Part shown: positions 30,296-48,764 of the stretch, one piece after another
Layout: each line of letters begins with the position of its first letter
Position numbering within the stretch: the stretch's first letter is position 1
Assembly (NCBI GenBank): GCA_964016885.1
Contig: OZ024743.1
Span: 155,248,001-155,312,000, forward strand
DNA: 64,000 nucleotides
From: Eledone cirrhosa
Lineage: Eukaryota
Reading direction: 5' to 3'
Made by a program: the position numbers and the translations under genes
The notes under the pieces: model-generated
What the model saw: the letters and a program-made list of their open reading frames with translations, nothing else
Database searches by the model: none
Told to the model about the DNA's origin: nothing

Positions 30296-31472
30296 TTTAA
30301 TTTAAATGTTAGTTAACCTATAAATTTAATTTAATTAAAATTCTACTACAGATGAGAATATAAAATATTGTGTAATCATAAATTGTGAAAAACCTTTAAA
30401 TATTACTAATATATACTTAGTAATTTAATTTATAGATTAATTTTAATTTATTTAACCCTTTATTAAAATTCCTTTACAGATAAAATATAACAAAATATCG
30501 TGTATTCAATGACAGAGAAATAATTTTTAGTATTATAGACCTAATTAATATACATTTTAGAAATATATTTATAATTTGGTTTGAAATTTAGTCAACTTAA
30601 AAATTTAATTTAATTGGCTTAAAATTAGTATCCTAATACAGACGGATTGCAGAGTGTCATGTAATCATAGAATGGGATGTGTTTTGGATGTATACCTAGT
30701 TAATATATTCTTTGCAATTTTTGAAAAAATATGTATATGTATGTATGTATATGTATGTGTATGTATATATATATATGTGCATATATATATATGTATATAT
30801 ATGTATATGTATATGTATTAATTTTGATTTCTGTTTGCATATAATTATATTCTGCTATTGATAAAATACAATATCTGTTTTATTTATTATATACCTAATT
30901 AACATATACTATAGAAATTAATATATAATTTTTAATTTAGTTAACCTATAATTTATATTCTACTACCGATGTAATACTTTATTTGTTTTTTCCCTATTAC
31001 TAAATTCATTTCCTAATATTGATACCATAACGTTAATAATTTTAATTTAGTTATACTATAATTAATACTCTACTGCTATTTAACTTCAAAATTCTGCTTC
31101 AAATATTATAAACCTAACTAATTTACACCTTAGAAATCAATATGTTAACTATCTTTAGTTTAGTTAACCTATAATTAATGGTATACTTATATTGAAATGC
31201 ATAATTTTGCCTTATTTCTTGCATTTCCTAACACTGAAACTATGTAAAAACATATATTGAGATCCAAATACAGATTAATATTCTATGTTTCTTGAAACAT
31301 ATATTTACTATAATCCCCTTCTCCACCCCCCCCCCCTTTCCCCCATACTATTATTATCTGTATTTGTAAGCGTGTATGTATGAATATATATGTAGGTAGG
31401 TGTATATATGTTTGGGTGTTTATATCTGAGTATAAAAATACATATATGCGCATGCAAATAAGGATGTATGAT

Positions 31473-31556
<84 letters not shown>

Positions 31557-31561
31557 TGTAC

Positions 31562-31614
<53 letters not shown>

Positions 31615-31617
<3 letters not shown>

Positions 31618-32215
31618 CAGTTGGTGCTACTGGTAACATGTATCCCAGTACAACCTGTCCCATGGTCGGGTCGTTGGCGACTAAACTGGCAACCCCACCA
31701 AGGTTTCTTGGTGAGGAGGGTGACTTTGGACATCCTGCAGGACTAAAAACAAAACCTGTCAAAGGGAAAAGGAGCTCTTAAGAGTCAATGGCCATCCAAA
31801 ATCACCGGGAGGGATGACCCCTTAGCCTTTGTCAAGGCAGAATTCTAGGAGAAGGAAAACTCTGATATAACACCTGCAACCCTGATGGTATCCAATGATG
31901 TTGACTTGTTCTTCTTTTTGGTAAATATCATCTTGGTTAAGAGAGTGGGACTGGCTTTGTGCAGTGCCTTTGCTCACTATAAAAGCTTCACGGCACAGGC
32001 ATTGCTTTATATCTGGAGATCTCTCTGCACTTGTCGTCACATGGTACCATGGGCCCAGCACTATGTGTCAGTAATTGTCACAAGTGTAGTGTTTGTACCA
32101 GAGTTTTCAAGTCGCTGGCTGGACTAAAAAGTCACACTCGTTCAGCGCATCGGTAGGGGTTCTCCTACATGGATATAAAGTAGTGGCCGTACTCGAAAAC
32201 GAGTTGGCAGCCACC
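31615..32215. repeat. GC-richer unclassified insert between TA tracts
   Basis: Sharp composition change bounded by (TA)n; no protein motif recognised. Confidence 0.4.
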
Positions 32216-33255
32216 ATATATATGTATATATGTATGTGTGTGTGGGCGTGTATGTGTGTGTATATATATGTGTGTATGTATGTGTGTGTATATATGTGTA
32301 TGTATATGTATGTCTCTCTATATATATGTGTATCTTCGTATCTATGTGGGTATATGTGTGTATGTACATGTATGCACATGTATATGTTTATGTGTATATG
32401 TGTGTATGTGTATATGTGTACGTGTGCGCACATATATATGTGAGTGTGTGTGTGTGTGTATATATATATGTATGTCTATGTATATATATATTTGTATGTG
32501 TATATATATATATTATTTATTATTATAATATAACTTATGTGTATATATGTATATGTGAAGGTGTGTATATGTATATATATATATATGTAAACATATATGT
32601 GTATGTGTGTTTTTGTGTGTGTGTATATATATGTATATATGTGTGTATGTATGTGTTTGTATGTGTGTTTATGGTTGTATGTGTGTGTGGGTATATATAT
32701 ATATGTATGTGTATATATATATATATGTGTATATGTATCTCTATTTATGTGTGTATATATGTATATGTATATACCTTTTTCTTTGTATGTCTGAGTTGTG
32801 TGAGAATGTAGTGGTGTTTGTATGTATATACGCATATATGGATGCGTATGTATTTGTATATATGCGTATATGTAAGTGCGTATGTGTGTGTGAATATATA
32901 TCTATGTCTATGTATGAGTATGTATGTGTGTGTATGTATGTGTGGGTGTATGTATGTATGTGTGTATGTGTGTATATATATGTGTGTATATGTATGTGTG
33001 TATGTGTATGTATGTATGTATATGTGTATGTATATGTTTATATATATGTATATATATATATATATATGTTTATTATATATGTGTGTGTGTGTATGTGTGT
33101 ATATATATCTTAAATATATGTGTATGTGTATGTATGTGTAGGTGTGTGTGTGTATGTGACTATATATGTATGTGCGTATATGTGTATGTATGTATGTGTA
33201 TGTGTGTGTACATATATGTATATATATGTATATATATATATATATATATGTGTGT

Positions 33256-33287
<32 letters not shown>

Positions 33288-33497
33288 GTATATGTATCTC
33301 TATTTATGTGTGTATATGTGTATATGTATATACCTTTTTCTTTGTATGTCTGAGTTGTGTGAGAGTGTAGTGGTGTTTGTATGTATATACGGATATATGG
33401 ATGCGTATGTATTTGTATATATGCGTATATGTAAGTGCGTATGTGTGTGTGAATATATATCTATGTCTATGTATGAGTATGTATGTGTGTGTATGTA

Positions 33498-33528
<31 letters not shown>

Positions 33529-33810
33529 CTGTATGTATATGTGTGTATATATATGTATGTATGTGTATGTCTGTATGTATATAAGTATGTATGTGTATGT
33601 ATATGTGCGTGTATATATATGTGTGTATATATATATATGTGTGTGTGTATATATGTGTGTGTGTATATATGTGTATATATGTGTGTATATATATATAAGT
33701 ATGTGTGTATATGTGTGTATATATATATGTATATGTTTATATATGTGTGTGTGTGTGTGTTGTACGTGTAGATGTATATATATATATCTATATATATATA
33801 TATATATATT
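32216..33810. repeat. Degenerate (TG/TA) microsatellite containing a duplicated block about 560 bp apart
   Basis: ccttttctttgtatgtctgagttgtgtgaga block occurs at about 32775 and 33333. Confidence 0.9.
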
Positions 33811-34422
33811 TTCTTGATATATTTCCTTTTTCTTTTTTCTTTTTCTTTTCTTTTCTTTTTATTTCTAAGTTTATAGATACATCTATAAATAAGCAGTCTG
33901 CCGAAACCGTTGAATACTGACCTCTCCCCCCCTCCCACCTAATTTCTGTATCTTGATCTAAATGTGTGTGGCAGTGTTTATGTGCGTGCATTAATATCCA
34001 TATGCTTATGATAATACTATATCCACACATATATATGTGTGTGGGGGTGTGTGTGTGTATGTATGTTCGTAATTATGTGTATGTTTATGCATATACGCGC
34101 GTGTGTGTGTGAGTGTACGGATATGTGTGAGTATGTGAATATGTGTATACATTTATTTCATATTTATGTGTCTATACGCATTTTATCTGTGGATTATAAA
34201 CTTACAGAGACATTAGCCTTGAATTTTTGTATTTGCATACATCTTTTTGGCATGCGTATGCATGTGAGCATATATCTTTGTATAAATATGTGTACGAAGT
34301 TAGTTACATGTATATACACACACCAAACTGCATAACATTTTTTGTATTTTCATTGGTCAATTTGAACTCCGTTCCCAAAAGGACCTGAAATTTTGAATTG
34401 TTGTTATTATCAATAAATATAT

Positions 34423-34577
34423 TTCATTATTTCTGAAGACGGCATATATGTGTGTTTGGTATGTATATTTAATCTTGATAGTTTGTATAATTTTGTATAA
34501 TTTTGTACATAGATCTGTTGAATATGCATGCCAATTCTAACACATATATATCCTAGAAACGATCGTTAAATAATGAA
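34423..34577 (+). ncRNA. Hammerhead ribozyme with very long stem II (copies on - at 28939-29093 and 62584-62714)
   Basis: ttcattattt-CTGAAGA-cggcatatatgtgt..acacatatatatccta-GAAA-cgatcg-TT-aaataatgaa. Confidence 0.8.
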
Positions 34578-34771
34578 CTTTTTTTGTTTAATATAAGGAA
34601 CTGTTTCATTGTTTTATTCATTATTTTTTTAATATTTTATCTTGACTCTGTATTCCGTTTATCTTTCACCGAAAGTGATTTTTCATTGCATCTCTTCTTT
34701 CCATGATATCCGGACTACATTGAGTTCTTCATACGGATTGGACACTACCGTAAACTCTTGGTAGATTTATC

Positions 34772-35700
<929 letters not shown>

Positions 35701-35749
35701 CTGATAATCTACTGTGTGTAATATTTATATTACAACACAACGGAAAATA

Positions 35750-35828
<79 letters not shown>

Positions 35829-36370
35829 TATGTATCCATGTATGTATGTCTATGTATATGTGGGTCGATATATATCGAAATGTATAATTTGAATACATTC
35901 TATGAATGAACTCATGTAAAAGGGTTTTTTAAGATTTATGCTTTAGATATATTCTTAAGAAAAACTTTAAAGATTAAGACGTTATAGAAAACAAATTTAT
36001 ATTTTAACAGTCACAGCTGTATACCATGTGGGTTTATACTTTTATAACATTTAATCATTAGAACTATCTAAATTACAAATAAATCAATTGACTTTCCCTC
36101 ACGCTGTATTGCTAATACTAAGAAGAGTTTTTCTTAAGTAACATCTCTGAACATTCCTATATTTTGAACATATATTTTGTTATTTCTTATAAGTTTTATT
36201 GTTAATTGAAAAATTAATAATAAATTGTTGGTTGAAGATTAATATTAAATTTATGTAATAATAACATATATTTTAATAATATATTTTGATAGTATATATG
36301 TATATATATATATATATATATTTATAGATATATGTGTATATATATATTCTTTTAATAATATATAGATCAC

Positions 36371-36464
36371 AATTTTTAATTTTTAATTTTTAATTTTTAA
36401 TTTTTAATTTTTAATTTTTAATTTTTAATTTTTCATTTTTAATTTTTAATTTTTAATTTTTAAT
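36371..36464. repeat. (TTTTTAA)n tandem repeat
   Basis: Directly visible. Confidence 0.9.
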
Positions 36465-37015
36465 TCATAGATCTCAATAGTTTAATCAAATTTAAACATT
36501 AGAAAAATTTCTCCGGTTACTACTATTTATTTATTTATTTATCTAGCTACGCTAACTCAGCCACTATATATTTATCTTTTCACTTCATCATCTCATAAAA
36601 TTACGTTAATAAAACATTCTCTCACTTAGGGTTTTCTCTTTCTCTTTCTCTTTCTTCTTTTGTTTTTGCTCTTCCTTTTCCATTCCTTCTCTTTTGTTTT
36701 CCTTCTTTGGATTTGCTCTTTCTGTCACCTTTTCTTTGTTCCCTATTCCAACGGCATAATTTTAATGTATCGGATTTAAATCTCTCCGACACTAATTTGC
36801 ATAATAGACCTATAATAAAATTAGTAACCCCACTATCCGGGAGCTTCCAACGGACAAGGTCGCATTCTTTTAAGGGTATGTCAATATTTGTTTATAAAAC
36901 TGATCTATATTATATTTTAACTGATGGAACCGCACCATAATTTGCTTTGGTGTCCTTGAAATATGTATAATGAAATGAATATGGTTTTATAAATATAGTC
37001 TCCATTGGTTAATAT

Positions 37016-37101
<86 letters not shown>

Positions 37102-37188
37102 CATATATACATATACATATATATACATACATATATAAATACATATATATATAGATATATAAATATATATATATATAAATATATATAC

Positions 37189-37593
<405 letters not shown>

Positions 37594-37661
37594 CATATAT
37601 ATATACAACCTAACTCGTGTGCTTCCTCTCCACATTTTATTATATATATATATATATATAT

Positions 37662-39335
<1,674 letters not shown>

Positions 39336-39404
39336 TAATCCAGAATTAGTCCAGAATTAGCCATCGAAACGGCTTGAGCTCAGCCGTCGGGGTCCTACTT
39401 GTTC

Positions 39405-39449
<45 letters not shown>

Positions 39450-40719
39450 AACAAGTACGACCCCGACGGCTGAGCTCAAGCCGTTTCGATGGTTAATTCT
39501 GGTCTAAATAAACATATTTAGCCTGGTAAATGAATAGCCAGGGGGTAATTCCATATATGGTAAAAGTGATTGTCACAAGGATTGGACAAAAGCTTGTTGT
39601 TAAGACATATGATTTTATGGAAGGTAGGGGTAGCTGAACTTGCCAGTAGAAGAAATACGGTGAGGGAGTGGAGGAAACCCAGTCAAGCGTTGAAAGTGAA
39701 AAATACAGTAGATTCTATCGATAGTGTATAGAATGTCGAAAAAGTATACTAGAGAAGGGGGGGAGTTGAAACAATAAGTAAATCTAGAGGGAGTAATCAA
39801 AAAGCCGTTATAAAAATGAGGAAATATATAAAAAATATATAAAAAAAATATAAAAACAATTTCTGGTTACTACTCCCCTTCCACACTCATCAAATCTCTC
39901 ACTGGTACTGCTAAGCTATAGAAAAGTTTAATAGGTTGCAAGGAATACTAAATACGAGATTGTAGTGAAAGAATGTTATGAGGCCATCATTACAGGGGAT
40001 TTACCACCACTACAATAGTTAGTAGTAATCACCCAATGCTATCTTACAATGACAGGTTAATAAGTTGAGGACCTAACATACTAAAAAAAACTAATACGAA
40101 ATATTAATTCAGAATCCCGAAATTAATACGAAATATTAATTCAGAATCCCGAAACTTGAATACTCATACAATATATATATAAGTAATGCTACAATACATA
40201 CATTCTAATACAATCTACATAAATATTCATACAATATACATAAAAAACTAATACAATATATATAAATACTGCTACAATACATACATTCTAATACAATCTC
40301 CATAAATCCTCGTACAATATATATGACAAACTAACTAATACGAAATATTAATTCACCCCCCCCCCCCCAACAAAAATATTAAATACTAATATACAAGAAT
40401 GTAAAGCAGAAATTCCACTAAAATATCTAGAAATCACGGAAATGGGGCAGCAACCAGAGAAGATGCAAGTATATTGGTTCTAGCACATCTGCTATAAAAA
40501 GCGGAATCGGCCAATTCTATCATAAAAAAGGGGGTGAGGGTACTGAGGCTACAGAGGACCGAGGGCTACATCGGGGTGGGCGAGCAGGTGAAAAGAACGA
40601 CGACAAAGAAGGATATCTGGGGTGGAAGGCCTAGGAAGGGATGGGGGAAGAAGGAAATATAGAGGAAACGATAAACAATATATAAAAAAGAATATATAAA
40701 AAGTTAAGCCAAACGCCAG

Positions 40720-42235
40720 ACTTAGCCTATGGAAGTAATCTCATGGTTCAGCAATATGGAGGACAAACGAGAGTCAAAATTCATCCAGTTTGACATAGAG
40801 AGTTACTATGCTTCAATTACCTTACAGTTCCTTACGGTCGCCTTGGACTTTGCCGAGACACTCGCGCCCATCACCGACCAGGAAAGAAATACCATCCTCC
40901 ACGCCGGGAAGACAGTCCTACTTTTTGACAACTCCAAATGAATAAAGAGAGCTCCCGACCCCCCTTCGACGTCAGTATGGGCGCGACTGATTCGGCTGAG
41001 GTCACAGATCTTATAGGATTATTCCTACTATTTAAACTCATCGATATGTTTCCTGCATTCGGAGGAGGATTGTACCTGATGATGAGCTCCTTACCCTCAA
41101 AGGGTGCAACCCCAGTAGTACAGACCGGGTCCTTAAACAATTAATCAGCTTCTTCCGAGACTGGGGATTTAAAATAACACTACATACGTCCCTAATCCGA
41201 GTAAACTTCCTGGACGTTACCCTTAAACTCGATATTGATCTGTACTACCTATACAGGAAACCAAACGACAACTTGCACTACATCCACCGCCGGTCGAACC
41301 ATCAATAGAATCATCAATAACCTGGTTACAAATATCTCCCTCGCATATCTCGTTTGTCAGCTAATGAGCAGATTTTCGAGGAATATGCGCCTTATAACAA
41401 CCAGTCAAGCAAGCGGAGTGGCTTCCGGGAGGAAATATCTTATCATCCTGCTTCCATTAGTGGAACCAGCAGGCGACACCGTCAATCACGCCATGTAACG
41501 TGGTTCAATCCTCCCCACAATGCCGAGCTGACAACACCTATCGGGAAAATCTTCTTTAGGCTCATCGACAATCACTTTCCACTACAACACGGCTACCACA
41601 ACATAATCAACAAAAACACCATCAAACTCTCCTACAGCACCACACCTAACTTTGCACAAAATATCGTCTACTGTAACAACAAAAAACTACACCACTATGG
41701 AAGAAATAACCTAGATAGCAGTGGAGAGCCGACCAGGTGGTGTAACTGTCCTGATGGATCCCTTTGCCCCCTCGACAACAGATGCAGTGATCGTAATGCG
41801 ATCTACCAGTGCAACATGAGGACGGACACCTCCAACAAAGCTTATATAGGATTAACCGCTTGTGACTTCAAGACCCGGCTCTACCAACACAGACATACTT
41901 TCCGAAACCCGGCCCGGCGTGACGCCACTATACTTTCGGGCCACATTTGGGACGTCAAAGATAATAATATAACCTACAATCTTATTTGGAGCATACTGTC
42001 CAGAGCAAACTCTTACACGGGAGGACGCCGTCCGTTTAACTCATGCTCGGAGGAAACATTACAATTGTTGTATTCGACGGACCAACTCCTAAACAAGAAA
42101 GGCGAACTGGTAACTGCATTCAAACACAGATTGCGTAGGACTTACCTCGCCCTCAAACCCCATAATGACCCGGGGGATGGGGGGCTGGTTAGACAAGGGC
42201 TGAAACACCCCACTTGCCGACTTTGTAAGGGGTAA
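40720..42235 (+). pseudogene. Frameshifted Naiad-like RT plus GIY-YIG
   Basis: FIQFDIESYY, MGATDSAEVTDLIG, VNFLDV, TWFNPP, CNCPDGSLCPLDNRC, YIGLT..FKTR. Confidence 0.92.
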
Positions 42236-43406
42236 CACCAGATTACAAAGGTAGACGTAACTTTTTTATATATTCTTTTTTATATATTTTTTATTGTTCC
42301 CTCTATATTTCCTTCTTCCCCCATCCCTTCCTAGTCCTTCTACCCCATATCCTTCTTTGTCGTCGTTCTTTTCACATTCTCGCCCACCCCGATGCAGCCC
42401 TTTGTCCTCTGTAGCCTCAGTACCCCCCCCCTCCTATTTTATGATAGAATTGGCCGATTCCGCTTTTTATAGCAGATGAGCTAGAACACAGACACTTGCT
42501 TTCTTCTCTGGTTGCTGCCCCATTTCCGTGATTTCTACATATTTTTTAGTGGTATTTCTGCTTTACTTTCTTGTATATTAGTATTTTTTTTTAGGGGGGG
42601 GGGGGGGTGAATTAATATTTCGTATTAGTTTTTCATATATATTGTACGAGTATTTATGTAGATTGTATTAGAATGTATGTATTGTAGCAGTATTTATATA
42701 TATTGTATTAGTTGTTTATATATATTGTATGAGTATTTATGGAGATTGTATTAAAATGTATGTACTGTAGCACTACTTTTATATATATTGTATTAGTATT
42801 CATGTTTCGGGATTCTGAATTAATATTTCATATTAGTTTCGGGATTCTGAATTAATATTTCGTATTAGTTTTTTTTAGTATGTTCGTCCTCAACTTATTA
42901 GCCTGTCATTGTAAGATAGCATTGGGTGATTACGACTAACTATCTTAGCGGTGGTAGATCCCCTGTAATGATGGCCTCATAACATTCTTTCACTACAATC
43001 TCGTATTTAGTATTCCTTCCCACCTATTAAACTTTTCTATAGCTTAGCAGTACTAGTGAGAGATTTGATGATTGTGGAAGGAGGGTAGTAACCAGAAATT
43101 GTTTTTTATATTTTTTTATATATTTTTATATATTTCCTCATTTTTATAATGGCTTTTTTGTTTACTCCTTCTAGATTTACTTATTGTTTCAACTCCCCCC
43201 CCCTTCTCTAGTATACTTTTTTCGACCTTCTATACATTATCCTTAGAATCTGCTTGACAGGGTTTCCTCCAATCCCTCTCCCTATTTCTTATACTGGCAA
43301 GTTCAGCTACCCCTACCTTCCACAAAATGCGATGATAGAAGCATATGTCTTAACAACAAACTTTTGACCAATCCTTGTGACAGTCACTTTTACCATATAT
43401 GGAATT

Positions 43407-43501
43407 ACACCCTGAGAAGTTCGGGATTCATTTACCAGGCTAAAAATGTTTATTTAGTCCAGAATTAGCCGGCGAAAGGGCTTGAGCTCAGCCCTCGGGA
43501 T
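43407..43501 (+). ncRNA. Hammerhead-like ribozyme with stable stem III (copies at 53992-54086 and partial ones at 39350, 39460, 53740)
   Basis: Consensus acccc-CTGAG(G/A)A-stem II-GAAA-cggct..agccg-TC-ggggt; covariation gggct/agccc. Confidence 0.7.
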
Positions 43502-43592
43502 CCTACTCGTTCCTATAACCCAATCTACTACCCTAATTATTGAGTACTTTGGTGCGTTATGGTCCATCTGGCTCCTTACCCCATTTCCTTCG

Positions 43593-43665
<73 letters not shown>

Positions 43666-43666
<1 letters not shown>

Positions 43667-45170
43667 CAAACAAGGACAACGTTTTACAGTAAAACACAAT
43701 TTCACATGCGCATCAGAAAACCTAGTATATGTACTAACGGGCTCCGGCTGTCGAGAACAATACATAGGCCATACTAAAAACAGCCTCCGTTAACGCATGA
43801 CTGTCCATAGATCACAAATCCAAATACCCGAATACAGAAACATAGCACTGAGTGCACACATTGATACCTGTGCGCCCCAAATCATCCCAAATTTAGAATC
43901 TTTCTCCTCTACAAATTTAAAGATAGTGCCACCCACACCCAGCGCTTCAGCAAAGAATCTCACTTTATTAACAAATACCGACCCCGTCTAAACACTTCTT
44001 TCTAAGACAAACTCACAGCATACACACGTTGACAAACACACCTACATGAGATACATCCTACATACATTTCTATCCACATATAAACACAATGACATACGTA
44101 AACACACATGTGCAAAACAAATATACACAAATTCGCATACCTTTTGATGTTTATAGATATACACGGGCCGACACGCACACATACACATGCAATCACATGT
44201 ATTGCACATTTATGGGTGCATACATATTTGTACACAAGTATCCCATACGGCGGGGCCAAATGGATTCCTCTTGCAGTACGTACAATCTGGACTCATGTAC
44301 GCCTTGTTGTTATGACAGTACTATACATGATTTCGCCTCTTTTATTATTGATGCTATTGATGTTCTTTTGAGAGTATCGTTTCTGCAAATGACTGAAAAT
44401 CTCGAATAATGTACGCAATTTGTACCAGTACCACATAAATACAGGTCCATCCACACAGACACACGCACACACGCATGAGCTCGCGTACACTAACATAGAG
44501 ACACACACACACACACACACACATACACACACACACACTTCTCCGTATAATACAAGAGCTGAAAAATCTGTTTCAACATGTTAACATCACCCCCCCCCCT
44601 ACACACTCACGTACACGCACATTCCTACTGACTGATTCATTTCCATTACCACAAAAATGAACCACTTTGTTACACACACACATATTTGTCTTAATAGACA
44701 CCTGTACTGTTGAGCTCTCAACATGACTGAAATTCAATCAAGCGGAAAAGACATTCTTCGACAAACCTACATTTGGCGCGAAATAAATTCGCGCTAAAAT
44801 CAATTTAAACATTCACGTGACTTCTACCGACCAATCAAATGAGAAATGTATAATGCTTATTCACATGACATTCAACAACCAATCAAATCTTAATACCTCC
44901 CAAGCCACTTTTTTCACATAAAACAGGAAGAATTTTCAAAACTGATCAGATTAGAGCAAAAATCACGAGCACTCTATCTCAAAATTATTTTTCAATAGCA
45001 TTAGAAATGCGCAACCAGTAAAAACTTAAAACTAAAACTGAATACTAACTAATACTTATTACTAATTTATACTTATTCCTAATTAAACTGTTTTTCACTG
45101 GGAAAAATATATCAGCATTTTCTTTTCCTTTTCACACAACTCGTGTGTCCCACCTCCATTCTTTTAAATA
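43666..45170 (+). mobile_element. 3' fragment of the Neptune-like PLE (GIY-YIG plus UTR)
   Basis: HNFTCASENLVYVLTGSGCREQYIGHT; reverse complement of 56935-58560. Confidence 0.9.
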
Positions 45171-46127
45171 TATACAGTATATATATATATAAAAATTTCA
45201 GGTTATCAATAATGTAGTGATAATATATCGTTACGTTTAGGTTTGCTCAACGAGTATAAATTATATTCCGGAGAAAATGTAGAAAAGATGAATATCAAAT
45301 GAAGGATATAAATACATTGCGTCTCCATATTTCCACGGACAGAAATTTTGTAAATTATGTAATATGGAATTATTTTGTATTATGAAATCCAAAAACATTT
45401 TATTAAATAACAGAATAGAGCGATCGTTATACTGTAACCATCGCTTAAAATCTACATTTTCATATTACAAATACTACCAGGATTGAACGCCTGTCTCCAT
45501 CTCCGTTTGATTGTCAAAATACATATTAACATTCTCTATTAGTCTTAATTCTATCAACTCTTCTATTATTTACCATTTAATATAAACTGCTATAGATAAA
45601 ATGAGATTTCTTAATTCAATTCCCTAATGCATATACCAGCTGGCTACTATCATTGATGTTATTCAGTAGCAGTCGAAATCTCCCCCTTCCTTAATTGGCA
45701 CTTTATAATTAATACTACTACACCAAATGACCAGCCCTGTCCATTGTTCAATTGGTCAAGTATAGATTAAAATAGGCACTCCCAAAAATTCTTATTTATA
45801 TAAAATAAACCATTTACGCATTGTATTCTCATTAGAAACTCTTTATATACTTGTTTAGCAGTAAATTGAATTACCATCTGTCATATACTATCCCCTCTCT
45901 TCTTCCTCTATTACAACTAATATAAATACTTCAATTTTTCTGATTTTTTCCAATTTATCCAAAATCTCTGAAGAAGTGACAACTGATTATACATTTGCTA
46001 TCGGATACTTGCTAACATTATATGATTACGCAAGCAGCGATACATAGGTATTCCGTCTGTTACAGAAACATATGTCAATACCTAATAAATTCCTTTTTTT
46101 TTTAAAAAGCACCTTCATTTTATATTC

Positions 46128-46181
<54 letters not shown>

Positions 46182-46239
46182 CGTTTAGTTTCCGTTGAAA
46201 AAGTCATTAAATATATAATATATATATATATTTACGGGA

Positions 46240-46556
46240 ACTGATCTGGCTTCATTTCTACAGCTGGATGCCGTTCCTAACACCAACTTCATTTACAGTG
46301 AGTGCTGGGTGCTTTTTTTTCGGAGCTCCTATACGTCCATCTTACAGTGTTGGCTGGGTGCATTTTTGCCGGGGCATCTGCACGACCACTTTGCAGTGGA
46401 ATGATAGGGACCCTAGTCCTATCATCTCATTTCCACAGCTGGGTAAACTGGAGCGATGTGAAATAAAGTGTCTTGCTCAAGGAAACATCACATCACCCGG
46501 TCTAAGAATTGAACTCACAAGCTTTCGCTTGCAAGGCCAATGCTCTAACCACTAAG
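46240..46556 (-). mobile_element. SINE-like repeat remnant
   Basis: Minus-strand tRNA-like head (gacttagtggttagagc..gtgagttcaattc) followed by ccttgagcaagacacttta. Confidence 0.65.
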
Positions 46557-47377
46557 TCATATATATATGTGTGTGTGACAAAATCAAAGGAGGCAGTAGG
46601 TTCAGCGATCGGCTGTAGCGAATAATATCCGACTGCAAAGATTCGATATAATTGAAGCCTCGACGTCACTGACACTGGTTGGTCAATTATTACATGTTTG
46701 ACCAATTTTATGTTAATACATATTCCCACCTCCATTGATCTACTTACATAGGTTGTACTAGCACAATTAAAGATATTCCTTCATTAAAACTTCGTGCCTG
46801 GTCTTCAATCGGGTCTGAAATAAATTACTGTAGACTTGTTGTGTGAGATTTAGAGAATAGCAATAGACGTGGGTCAAGTAAATGGAATCGTTCGATTTAA
46901 CATCAACACATGTCCCTCTCTTTAATATTCGGATTATATTTCTGAAAATAGGTATGTTATTCCCAGCATTTAGGCACAATACCCACACTTACCTACATCA
47001 CAAAACAAAATAAATTTAACATATATCTTCCTAAATTCATGAAATTTACCTGGTATTACCGGTTTTTCTCTGAAGTTATAATCCTTGTCAATCTTGAATC
47101 TCATAATTCCTCCCGAGATTTACATTTTTTCGATGTTGCTGAGGAAAAAAAAATTCAAGATTTTTGAAATGTCATCTATCCACATATTTTATCCTTTATA
47201 CGGATCCCATATACTCTAAAATGGTTTCACACTTTGCAATTTTGGTATTCGTGCGTAACTAGAAACGTTCCATATAAGGGGATTATGCAATCCAAATATT
47301 GTTGATTGGTAGTTTTTCTAAGATTTAATGCATAGGTTACACCGAAACATCACATCTGGATTAAGCTTATTTGCATT

Positions 47378-47465
47378 TAATAATTGTTTCTACTTTAGGC
47401 ACAAGGCCAACAATTACCCAGTGCATTACTGGTACTTTATTTTATCGACCCTGTAATAATAAACG
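47378..47465 (-). mobile_element. SINE 3' fragment
   Basis: Matches 21547-21630. Confidence 0.75.
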
Positions 47466-48764
47466 ACATCATTTTCATTATTGATCTGTTATATATATTA
47501 CATTAATTGTGTATACTATACATTATTTTGAAATGATAAACTATGATCACAAGGATGTAGATACTTTCTGTTAGACAAATTGCTAAATGTATAAAGATAA
47601 AAGAAAAAAATACTTTCTTTATCACATACAAACAACTTGTGCGACAGCAATGAAACAGCTGCCGAAAAAATAACTATGCATGTGATTTTATTATGTTTAT
47701 GTAATTGTCATAATTGAGTACATGATTGACTACAATGCGACGCTTATTTCCATATTTTACATTTTATCTTAGGAAGTTAGTTTAATTTCTTCTTAACTAC
47801 ATATCAATGGTAGTAAATTGAATATTAATTGGTTCTAAAACTAAAAATATATTTTCCATTCAAAGGTCTATTGAAATAAATAACTAATAGTATGATAACA
47901 TTTATTTTGATATGGAAGTCAATGAAACAATAATGGACAACTTATGCATGTTTAATAGTTCAGCAGTGGCAATATCTCCTTTCCATAATGTTTTGAAATG
48001 ATAATGACTTTACTAAGTATATATGCAAATCCGTACCATTGGAAATGAAGAAAAACACATATACTGTCCGTTTAAGTTTAAATAACACAGAGCATCAAAG
48101 ACGAATTCTATATTAAAGATTTTTTCTTTGGGATCAGTAACAGTCCTCAAAGTTTTGCCTTTGTTAAATGATTATTATATTGATTTTGGTATAGATGTCT
48201 GCACATTTCATTATTTACTGATATAGTTCATTGTTTGATATCAACCAGATCCGTTAAAAACTTTGAAAGACAATGGCTATTAACACTAATCAAATAATCA
48301 TTGTAAAATGGCGGAAAGATCAATGATGGTGAATTGGGTGCATTGTTGTTATATGATTAAATTGCTATAGATTATAACGATGAGAATGTTTGAGGGAGCT
48401 AATTCATGGTTTTGTAAATTATTACTTGAACATTTCCCGATAATTCAGGCTTGCCTCTTTACAATGGTGCCACGGAGCGGAATCACACTCAACAGGATGA
48501 CATTAAACATACATGTAAGTATCGAACACAAAAGTCCGAGGTCACTTCAGTACATTATTGTAGCCATGCACCAGCTGACTTCGACATGTATTCTACTGCA
48601 GCGGCATAATTGTCTTTAAAAACATGCACGCATATTTCAAAAATGCATGCAAATGCGTGCCAATCAGTCATGGAAAACGATGCAAATGTGATAGATTGTT
48701 GTGGCCTGATTTTCGCAGTTTATTGTATATATTGTGAAACGGCAACCACATACTTTTCAGATAT

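Larger units (their letters stand above)
39447..43595 (+). mobile_element. Naiad-like PLE with 1.25-kb inverted arms (39447-40706 and 42258-43515) and an 80-nt tail
   Basis: Long inverted repeats around an RT/GIY-YIG remnant; TA flanks. Confidence 0.92.

Noticed and set aside
45480-46080. Possible ancient LINE endonuclease remnant (GGDFDC on -)
   Set aside because: One short motif among many stop codons
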